This document shows, piece by piece, positions 14,761 through 24,869 of a stretch of DNA of 64,000 nucleotides (position 1 is the first letter of the stretch; each line of letters begins with the position of its first letter). The position numbers and the translations under genes are program-made. Origin of the DNA: Chiloscyllium plagiosum (lineage: Eukaryota); the NCBI RefSeq assembly GCF_004010195.1, contig NC_057718.1:65618919-65682918 (forward strand), in the 5' to 3' direction. The notes under the pieces are model-generated. The model had not been told where the DNA came from, did not search any database, and worked only from the letters and a program-made list of their open reading frames with translations.

Positions 14761-16464
14761 GCTATAAATGTGTAACAATCCTAAATTGAGGATCAGATCA
14801 GGACCTCGGCCCTGTCACATCCATATGTGAATGTTAGTGGACAATTAATAAATAGGAGGCCGAGATGCCACATCATCTGTGAATATGATGCTTTTGAAGT
14901 TCAGCTTGAAGTGTTTGCATGAATCTGCAACCAGAAATGCTGAATGGTTGATTCCTATTTGTCACCACCTCTGGTCCTTGCATTCTTAACAAATATTAGT
15001 TTTCAGCCAATTTGACTGGTTGCATGTGACATCAGGGAGCTGCTAAGTACCTAGGCGCTCCCAAGGGTGTGGACCCTGATTTATATCTCACTTGTGCTAA
15101 AGATCTATGCTGCAGAAGTAGCTATGCTCATTGTTTCAAAACAAATGTTGGGTTTTGTTCTATGTGAAAAATTGTTCAGGATATCTGCAATGTTATCAAG
15201 TAGCACAAAAGGAAAGTGTGCAATTGGAGAATGTACCTTCAGCTGCTCAATCCATGACTTATCTGCAATACAAGTTCAGAGGAATGGGTCTTGTGATGCA
15301 GTGGAAATGGCCAGAAGGTCTGGGTCTGACCTTCTATGGAGGTGTGTGATAACGTGTCCAAACTTTTTATTAAAAAGTACTTGTAATGTCAGAGTTGGTG
15401 CTGTTCGTTGCTGATTGTGTTGAGTAGCACTATTTGTGCTTGTGCAGGTATTTTATCAACCCATGTTTACCTGTACAGATCTGGCAATATTCAGTGCTGG
15501 ACTGAAAAGTGGCAAGTGACATTGAGGTCACATACAATATTCCTGTATCACAGATGTTACGCACTGGTCTTCAACAAGAGAGACCATAGTTGCCTTCCAT
15601 TGGTATTCAGTAACATTTCTGAGTGTCCCACTAATAGTTGTCCAGGAATCATAATTCAGTTACCCTCCCAAGTCATACAATATGGACCAAAAACATTGAA
15701 CTCTCTACCCAGATACCTTCACCACATGACCTGCAGCCTGATGCAAATCATTAAAAGATTGCTTATTTAGAGAGAATCTTTTTAGGAAATTGCTTCAGGA
15801 GTTGAATAGCTTATTTTATCTGAAACAGTCTTCTCGATTATCATTACATTTGATAAGGCGGAATACACTGAAACAAAAACAAAAGACTTGCAGAGAGTAG
15901 AAATCTGGAATTAAAACAAAGTACTGGAAATGTTCAAGTCTGACAGCACCTGTACAGAGAAAAAACAATTCTTCAAAGTGAAACAGAAATTTTGACATAC
16001 TTTTTAAGTTGATACACTGTTCACAATATGAACTTTCCTATATTTGAGGAAACTAAAGCCAGATTAGGAAATCATTTTGAAAAATGTTTACATTCAATCT
16101 GCAACCTTTAACTCAATTTCTTTCACAGGTGATGCTGGTATTTTGACAATTTTCTGTTTTGTATTTTTAGGACCCGTGCAGCCTATATATTAACATTTTG
16201 ATCAGCGAAAGGAAATAAATCATGCTTTTCTTAGCAAGAAGTGTCAGTTGAGCTTAGAGTTTAAGGTCTGCTAGTGTTTGTTTTGGAAATTTTGTTCTAT
16301 AAATCAATTTTCATCAGTTTTTTAAAAAATATTAAAATCACGCTTTGGGGTTGCATATGAAAATGCAACTAAAATGCTTGATCTTAGTGGTCTTTGTTTG
16401 AAGTGTAAATAGAAAAACCATTATAGAACAAAATAATTTCTACACCGTTTGGCAGGGATAATGG

Positions 16465-17335
16465 TCAAAAGCAAACAAAAACAGAAATTGCTGTAGAAAT
16501 TCAGCAGATCTGGTAGCATGTGTGAAGAGAAAGCAGAGTTAACATTTCAAGCCTTGTGAACCTCCTCCTGAACTATTAATCAGCGAGGTAAGGTCTTTGT
16601 ACTGATGATGTAAGATGAGGTAGTAAAGGAGTGAGCAGATAGGGGGAGCCCAGAGAGAGAGAGAGAGAGAGAGAAAGAGAAAAGGATAGGCAAACAAAGG
16701 GATTGTTGATAATTGGCCTGGGAAGAAGAAAAGCTAGATAGGTCTTAATGGCAGCAATTAAAGCAGCACATTTAATGAGAGGATCTGGATTTGTGGGAAT
16801 AGGTAATAGTCAAAGACTTGGGATCTTCATACTCTGAAACGGTCAACTCAGTGTTGGAGTTCTGAAAGCTATAAACCACCTATGAGGAAAATGAAATGAT
16901 GTTTCTCCAGTTTGTTGGAGCACTGCAGCAGGCTTATGTCAGAAATGTTGGTAAGGGAGGATGGTGGTGTATTGCAGTGACAGGCAACTGGAGGTTCAAG
17001 ATCATTTTTTACAGACCAAATATAGATGTTCCCCAAAGCTGTTACCCAATCTGCATTTACCTCCCAAATGTACAGGAGATCACATTCTGCAAGGACTGCT
17101 ATTCTGGGACCTTCTCTGGTCCATTTCTGCTCCACTCCTATTCCTCCCAACACTTCCATAGTACCTTTCTATGCAATTGAAAAAGGTGAAACCTTTGTCC
17201 ATTTACCTTCTCACTGAAGCAGCAATTTACCTGCACTTCAATCTAGCCTCCTCTACTTGCTGCTCACAATGTGGTCTCTTCTACATTGAGGCGATGTAAC
17301 ACAGACTAGGTTACTGCTTTGCAGAACACCCATGA
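16465..17335. mobile_element. Degraded Penelope-like element (pseudo-LTR plus GIY-YIG remnant) containing a (GA)n tract
   Basis: CSQCGLFYI..RLGYCFAEH near 17260-17330; pseudo-LTR similar to 14.1 and 29.1 kb copies. Confidence 0.6.
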
Positions 17336-17467
17336 TGACTCTATTTAGACTACATCTGGAAGGCAGCAACAGAACAAATCAAGATCTGCAGACCTTGTAA
17401 ATGAACTACTATGTGTTTTATTTCATAAATGAGAGGGGAACTCTGGACAGTTCTTGTACAGGTAGTT

Positions 17468-17699
17468 TTAGATTAGATTACATTACAGTGTGGAAACAGG
17501 CCCTTCGGCCCAACAAGTCCACACCGACCTGCCGAAGCGCAACCCACCCATACCCTTACATTTACCCATTACCTAACACTACGGGCAATTTAGTATGGCC
17601 AATTCACCTGATATGCACATCTTTGGATTGTGGGAGGAAACCGGAGCACCCGGAGGCAACCCACGCAGACACGGGGAGAATGTGCAAACTCCACACAGT
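17468..17699 (-). mobile_element. HE1-type V-SINE, 5'-truncated
   Basis: Near-identical reverse complement of 45650-45883, with V-domain and (TCTAA) tail. Confidence 0.88.
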
Positions 17700-17908
17700 A
17701 GAACACACATTTCAGCAGCACAATCTATCTATAATGGTACTGAAGAATTAGGGAATGGTATTTTGGAGAACACTTACCTCCTATCTGCAGTAACATGATT
17801 CCAGCGGGGATTGGTTTACGCAGTTGGTTCTGTGCATGTGCCGATTTTCTTCTTGTTCTGCACATGCTCCAGTGTCCGCACGTGAGTGATGTTGGTACCA
17901 GTCTTCAA

Positions 17909-18127
17909 CTAGGAGAAAGTGAGGACTGCAGATGTGGGAGATCAGAGCTGAAAAATGTGTTGCTGGAAAAGCGCACCAGGTTAGGCAGCATCCAAGGAGC
18001 AGGAGAATCGACATTTCGGGCATAAGCCCTTCTTCAAGAAACTGAAGAAGGGCTTATGCCCGAAATGTTGATTCTCCTGCTCCTTGGATGCTGTTTGACA
18101 TGCGCTTTTCCAGCAACACGTTTTTCA
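17909..18127. mobile_element. Palindromic mini-element of two head-to-head Penelope pseudo-LTR pieces
   Basis: Arms 17948-18036 and 18043-18128; 14-bp direct repeat GTACCAGTCTTCAA at 17895-17908 and 18128-18141. Confidence 0.8.
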
Positions 18128-18484
18128 GTACCAGTCTTCAAGCCATTCTGTGTATGCACCAATGTCAGTTGCCGATAGAGCAGCTTTATATGAGAGGTAA
18201 TGTGTAGAGTGCAGATTTCTTACATTTTGTTTTAAGAATGTATTGTGTTAAACTTTACTTTTATTTTGTTAATGAAATATGATGTCAACCTTCATTCAGG
18301 CTGTGCTTTACATTGTGCTGCACTGTTTGATGATTACTGAACAATCGTGACTGATGTTTGCCCAGGATGTCACTTTTCCCATAGGCCCCATTATTTCTAT
18401 TAAGCGAGGTTTGCTGGAACACAACTTTGGCATTATAGGAGAACTACCTGTATATTAAATTTCAATTTGAATCCGAACACAGTT

Positions 18485-19119
18485 TTCAGAAACAGGGTCT
18501 TTCAAATTTTGTCCACATTCATCCTAAGTGCAATTTAGTTCTAGACAATTTAAAAAAAACTTAAACATGCCCAAAGTAGATCTAAGTATTATAGATGTTG
18601 GAATCCAAACTGAGCATCACCTGAGCATTTATGACTGAACTTTGCCTGGGTAATAGAGATTTGGCCTATAACAAAGTACAATGATGAATTTATTCTGAGT
18701 TTGATGCATAACTGAGCTGTGTTTGTGCAACTTACTGTATGTATACATTGTCATTAGGTTGATGAGAGTGAAAGTCGTGGGCTGCTGCAGCTCCAGGATT
18801 GCAATATTTTGAATAATATATTAGTATATTATGGTTTATATGGTTCATCTAAATCTCCATATTGCTGCAGCTAGTAGGACTTTCTCAGTATTTGCACAAG
18901 TTATTTATTTATCTCAGTTCATTCAGAAACAGGGTCTTTCAAATTTTGTCCACATTCATCCTAAGTGCAAGTTAGTTCTAGACAATTTAAAAAAAACTTA
19001 AACATGCCCAAAGTAGATCTAAATATTATGGTTTATTTGGTTCATCTAAATCTCCATATTGCTGCAGCTAGTAGGACTTTCTCAGTATTTGCACAAGTTA
19101 TTTATTTATCTCAGTTCAT
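18485..19119. repeat. Local tandem duplication A-X-B / A'-B'
   Basis: 18485-18592 recurs at 18922-19029; 18827-18922 recurs at 19024-19119. Confidence 0.9.
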
Positions 19120-19344
19120 CTATTATGCTTTGTCTCTTCTCCAGTAGGTATAGATGTCTATTTGAGAATTGTACCATTGAAATTTAAAGGCTCCGTGTGT
19201 TACTTGGTACACAGTATTAAATTCCAAATGTGAAGATAGGATTTCAGAATCACAACAGTGAGCTTTCTAAATGGGTAATTGTACTGGAATGATATTTCCC
19301 TGTTTTATTCTTTCTAATAAATAAATGTTTATCCTTTTTCCTAG

Positions 19345-19491
<147 letters not shown>

Positions 19492-19779
19492 TAGTTGTGT
19501 TTTCTTTCTTCTAATTTGCATTAATTGAAAACTTTGAAGCTCTCTTACAAGAGATGGCAAGCTAACAAGTCTTCAATTATGCAAATTCACGTTCTTTTTC
19601 CAAAAATAAATTATACTTCAGCAAACTTTTAATTAAACAGCCCTGATGGGACTGGAGGTGTGCTGGCTGATCAAGAGGTCCACATAATCAATGTAAAAAC
19701 ATGCACACTATGTAATAGAAGCCCAATGCACAGGGTATCGACATCACTGTTATACATTACTTAGTGTCAAGCTCTTAAG

Positions 19780-21737
19780 TTTTATTTAAGACAAACTTAT
19801 ATTATTTATCAGCAGAGAGCCTGCTCACTTGCATCGTCCACTGACTACTCTGACTTCATGGTGATCACAAAAACATGGTAAACGTCTGGTGTTTGAGGTA
19901 TATAACTTATCGAGAATGCCAGTTCATAAGGTGCTGGTTAAAATAAAGCTTGCTGTACATTGATTATTCAAATACTTTTGTGCATATCCACAGTCCGTGG
20001 AGTCCTGTATGTGTTTGGGTAATAGATGTTGTGTGATGGGTCCTGACAACCATTACCTTGAAAGATATGTCTGGTAGATTTGCTGCCACCATCCTCCTCT
20101 TGGGTTGGGATTAGTGTGTGACTGGTGTAGTATAGTACAGGAAAGCCACTTATAGTCTAATGAGCAGATTTTCTTGTCTTAAACAACATTGTAGTTTGTG
20201 TGATAAAAATTGTTTAGGTTATTGTTTCTGATACTACCAAACCAATGTCAGTGAGAGAGATTGAGGATGGTAGGTCTATCTTTGCGACTCAGAGCTGTTC
20301 TACTCTGATCCATATGATCAGATCATATTGGGTGGTGCTTAATGCGTTCCTCAGCAATAACCCTTTCAGAGCTTAATGCCTTATACAACAATAGACAGCA
20401 GTAAAGTCACTTTGGAAATCAGAGTGTGCATCATATACATCTATGAAGGTAAATTGATTAATTAAGCTGATATCTGAATCTATATGTGCTATACAACAAG
20501 ACAATTCATAGACTGTTCCCTGTTTGTCAACATTGTCTCAGCAATAAATGCATATTAACAACTATACTGGACATTGGTTATGATATTTGCTTTGCGGTTT
20601 TAGATTTTAGTTCTTCTGCAATTAGTTTGTTTACTGCCAGAAAACTGTTTTTCTAGCCTATCTAATAAATCTACTACTACTTTAGTCCAACATCCTTGTC
20701 TACTTATACATTCATCATTATTTACGGTTTATATTAGCCATCTGTTTTCTTTTCTCATTTCTTTCTTCAGCGTGTTTATGCCTTTCATGCTGACTAAGGC
20801 CTATCTTGGTGGAAAATTTAAGTGGACAGTACTTGCATTGAAAAGTCTCTTCTAAATTAACTGTATTATCCTTATTACATTTAGAATAGTGACACGCTAC
20901 CGCATAGTAGCTTCCTTCCCATCCACACTGACTGCAAGTGGCTCTTATTGATTTAACTCCTTTACAGCTTTTAACATGTTTTCTATACTGACCCATTGTA
21001 TTAAATATATTTTAAGCATTGATGGCAATTAAAGACATCTATGGGATACCGAAATACTAAATCAACATTTAATTTTATTTTGGCCATTGGGTACCATAAC
21101 ACAGGGATCTATTAAGTTATTACACTTCGTCTCACTTCCTTGCTCATCATTCAAATTCAAAGGACCCCCATAGTTGGAGTTATTAAAAAAAAAATTTAGA
21201 TTTAATAAACCTGGATTGTGGGGAAGGGACTGCTCCTCGTTACTTTCTGTTTGGTCGCTCACTTTCTCGTTGCAATTTAAATTTGGGAACTCTCACTTGC
21301 TACAAGGAGCAAACTAGGGGTCTCATCTGTTTGTGTATACACTGACGACGACGTCCTGTTGTGGTTAACACATTTGGCACACGCGTCGCCACTAACGTGC
21401 GTGCAAGGCGGTTGTTTACCCGGTTGTCCACCCAACCGGATACAGGAAAGATTGGCATGAGGGCCATTCCACCTCTTGCTTTGTTTTAAATCTCCTAGGG
21501 TAAGTGACCCACACAGGTCGACAGCCATCTCATATTCCTTCTGTCGTCGTACACGCCGACCCAACTTGAGTGCTGCTCTAGCAACGGTCAAATGATCCAT
21601 CAAATCGAGCACCCTTTGTCATTTTGTTACCAGGGAAACCAACACTACAAGTAAAAACGCGGTAGATGGACTATGCAAGCAAGCTGTTGGAAATCCAATG
21701 AAAACAGCTGTAGTCACATTTCCCCACTCCCCCAAAA
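19780..21737 (-). mobile_element. R2-like (A-clade) non-LTR retrotransposon remnant; RT not seen; 3' boundary uncertain
   Basis: Three zinc fingers plus Myb at 20581-21030; CpG-rich structured leader at 21270-21737; decayed CCHC/RLE-like motifs at 19870-20340. Confidence 0.65.
20581..21090 (-). pseudogene. R2 N-terminal DNA-binding region (ZF3-ZF2-ZF1-Myb), frameshifted
   Basis: CHQC..FNTMGQYRKHVKSC; CSQCGWEGSYYAVACHYSKC; FQCKYCPLKFSTKIGLSQHERHKHAEERNEKR; CWTKVVVDLLDRLEKQFSGSK/NKLIAEELKSKTAKQIS. Confidence 0.88.
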
Positions 21738-22160
21738 TACTTCTGAAATACTGCATTCAATTCTGTATTCCTGCTTTAGGGTGGATGTTGTGAAACTTGA
21801 AAGGGTTCAGAACAAGACTTACAAGAATGTTGACAGGGTCAGAGGGTTTGAGCTATAGAGAGAGGCTGAATAGGCTGGGACTATTTTACCTGGAGCATCA
21901 GAAGCTGAAGGGGTGACCTAATAAAGGTTTTTATAAAATCATGAGGAGCATGGATAGGGTGAATAGCCAACGTCTTTTCCCCAGAATGGGGGCGTCCAGA
22001 GTTAGAGGGTACAGGTTTAAGGTGAGATGGAAAAGATATAAAAGGGACCTAAGGGGCAACTTTTTCACACAGAGGGCAGTGTGTGTGTATGGAATGAGCT
22101 GCCAGAGGATGTAGTGGAGTCTGGTCTGATTACAGCATTTAAAAGGCATCTGGATGGGTA
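21738..22160 (+). mobile_element. CR1 LINE 3' fragment
   Basis: LLKYCIQF..VDVVKLERVQ..FFTQRAV motifs. Confidence 0.85.
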
Positions 22161-22162
22161 TT

Positions 22163-23782
22163 CTTCGGTTCAACCCGTCCGTGCCAACCACATAACCCAA
22201 CCCAATTTAGTCCCACCAGGAAAACCAACACTACAAGTAAAAACGCGGTAGATGTGACTACGCAAGCAAGCTGTTGGAAATCCAATGAAAACAGCTGTAG
22301 TCACATTTCCCCACTCCTCCAAAATACTTCTGAAATACTGCATTCAATTCTGTATTCCTGCTTTAGGCCCATATCCCGGCCCATATCCCTCCAAACCCTT
22401 TCTATTCTTATACCCATCCAAATGCCTCTTAAATGTCGCAATTGTACCAGTCTTCACCACTTTCTCAGGTAGCTCATTCCATACACGTACCACCCTCTGA
22501 GTGAAAAGGTTGCTCCTTAGGTCTCTTTTATATCTTTCCCCTCTCACCCTAAACCTATGCCCTCTAGTTCTGGACTCCCTGACCCCAGGGAAAAGACTTT
22601 GCCTGTTTACCCTATCCATGCCCCCTCATAATTTTGTTTAAAATTAGCCTCCGCTCCAGGGAAAACAGCCCCAGCCTGTTCAGCCTCTCCCTATAGCTCA
22701 AATCCTCCAACTCTGGCAACATCCTTGTAAATCTTTTCTGAACCCTTTCAAGTTTCACAACATCTTTCCGATAGGAAGGAGACCAGAATTGCACGCAATA
22801 TTCCAACNNNNNNNNNNNNNNNNNNNNNNNNNNNNNNNNNNNNNNNNTTCTTCACTATCCTATCTACCTGCGACTCCACTTTCAAGGAGCTGTGAACTTG
22901 CACTTCAAGGTCTCTTCAGGGTCTGTTCAGCAACACTCCCTAGGACCTTACCATTAAATATATAAGTCCTGTTCAGATTTGCTTTCCCAAAATGCAGCAC
23001 CTCTCATTTATCTGAACTAAACTCCATCTGCCACTTCTCAGCCCATTGGCCCATCTGGTTAAGATCCTGTTGTAATCTGAGGTACCTCTTCGCTGTCCAC
23101 TACACCTCCAATTTTGGTGTCATCTGCAAACTTACTAACTGTACCTCTTATGCTCGCATCCAAATCATTTATGTAAATCTCAAAAAGTAGAAGACCCAGC
23201 AGCGATCCTTGTGGCACTCCACTGGTCGCAGGCCTCCAGTCTGAAAAACAACCCTCCACCACCACCCTTTGAGCCAGTTCTGTATCCAAATGGCTAGTTC
23301 TCCTCCTTATATTCCATGAAATCTAACCTTGCTCATCAGTCTCCCATGGGGAACCTTGTCGAACGTCTTACTGAAGTCCATATAGATCACATCTACTGCT
23401 CTGCCCTCATCAATCCTCTTTGTTACTTCTTCAAAATACTCAATCAAGTTTGTGAGACATGGTTTCCCACGCACAAAGCCATGTTGACTATGCCTAATCA
23501 GTCCTTGCCTTTCCAAATACATGGTATTCCTGATGAAGGGCTTTTGCCCGAAACGTCAGTTCTCCTGCTCCTCGGATGCTGCCTGAACTGCTGTGCTTTT
23601 CCTGCACCACTCTAATCCAGAATCTGGTTTCCAGCATCTGCAGTCATTGTTTTTACCTCACTGGTCTATAGTTCCCTGGATTGTCCTTACCGCCCTTCTT
23701 CAGCAGTGGCACCACGTTTGCCAACCTCCAGTCTTCTGACACCTCACCTGTAACTATCGATGATATAAATATCTCAGCAAGT
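22163..23782 (-). mobile_element. CR1 LINE ORF2 (RT and 3' end); N gap 22808-22847; interrupted at 22215-22367 and 23526-23657
   Basis: ORFs with [52 protein letters not shown]. Confidence 0.92.
23526..23657 (+). mobile_element. Penelope pseudo-LTR fragment with minimal hammerhead motif at 23530-23557
   Basis: CTGATGA-A-GGGC-TTTT-GCCC-GAAAC-GTC; replaces about 55 bp of CR1 that is present in the copy at 32045-32100. Confidence 0.75.
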
Positions 23783-24074
23783 AACATGGAGCTATTGTCA
23801 TATTCCTAGAAGATGTAATTTATAAGTTTGGCACACAGATTATTTTGGTGAGATCAAAAACAGACTGGAGAGATTCCAAAATGGAGCTGCTTAAAAGATG
23901 AACATACATTTAATGGCAACCATCTCTCCTGGAAATTCAGAGAGAAAACGGAGATTAGAAATGGGGCTGTTTTTGAAGGACAGAGGGGCCAAATTTGGTT
24001 TTATTTTCAGAGGAAAGACGTATACTAGTGGATGGGAAGAGGGGTCTAATATCTGCAGTGAATGTGCCATTCAT

Positions 24075-24650
24075 AATAAAAGCAAATATATGAAAATGCT
24101 GGAAATCTGAGAGTTCTGGAGAAACACAGCAGGTCTGGCAGCATCTGTGGAGAGCAGAGTTACCATTTTAAATGCAATAGTACTCTTCTTCAGAAGAAGG
24201 TATACAAACTCCCTTGCAACAACCATAACAAGCACCACACTGGATAAAATGGAAGAAAATTAGCCATCCATTTAAACACCTATTAGCAACTAAACGACAT
24301 GATCCACTCTCCCTCATCTCCGTAAAGATGGACCAAGAGGGTCGTCAATTCTACTATGACAAAGTAACCATTCTAGGACAAGCTAATCAGAGACGAGCCA
24401 GAGTGTTCTTAAATCTGGTTTTCAATCAAAAAGGCAATCAACAAACGCATAGACCCAGTGTACAAACTGCTACAGAAAAGACCTGGAAGTGACACTCACC
24501 CCAACAGACCCCACATAAAAAACCAAGCAGAAAACAGAACAACACTTCATGGAAGTCTCACTGATGATGATACCCAGTATGGTAATGAAACATCTGCACA
24601 ATAACCTAGCTGCTTCACGAGCTAACCAACTACCTCACTCTTCTTCAGAA
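24075..24650 (+). mobile_element. Penelope-like 3' fragment (about 24230-24638) nested in a pseudo-LTR of another family
   Basis: LATKRHDPLSLIS..DKVTILGQANQRRAR, homologous to 26594..26908; hammerhead-like CTGATGA..GAAACATC at 24561-24594. Confidence 0.65.
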
Positions 24651-24869
24651 CACCATTCATAACGTTGGTTGGTATGGAACCACAAAGGTATTTGGGTAGT
24701 TTGCATCTTATAGAAAGTAGGATAAAAGGAGCAAGAAGTGGACCTAATTGGGCAAGAGCTTGAACAAGGCATCAGAGGACATGGTGAAAGAAACTAGAGG
24801 AAGGTGCAAAATTGAGGTTAGGATAGGGGGCATTGTGGAGGTATCCCCCTCCTAAACCAGCACACCCTT

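Noticed and set aside
19772..19779. CTCTTAAG as a remnant of the 28S R2 target
   Set aside because: Only 8 bp with no further 28S similarity, and on the wrong side and strand for the element
19987..20253. Ulp1-like protease reading (HW ... PKHIQDSTDCG in one minus-strand frame)
   Set aside because: Two stops intervene, the catalytic Asp context is missing, and the same DNA fits an ordered CCHC/RLE motif series better; an HMM search would settle it
21277..21612. 111-aa minus-strand ORF as an independent gene
   Set aside because: No recognisable domain; lies in the R2-like leader/N-terminal region and is out of frame with the next ORF
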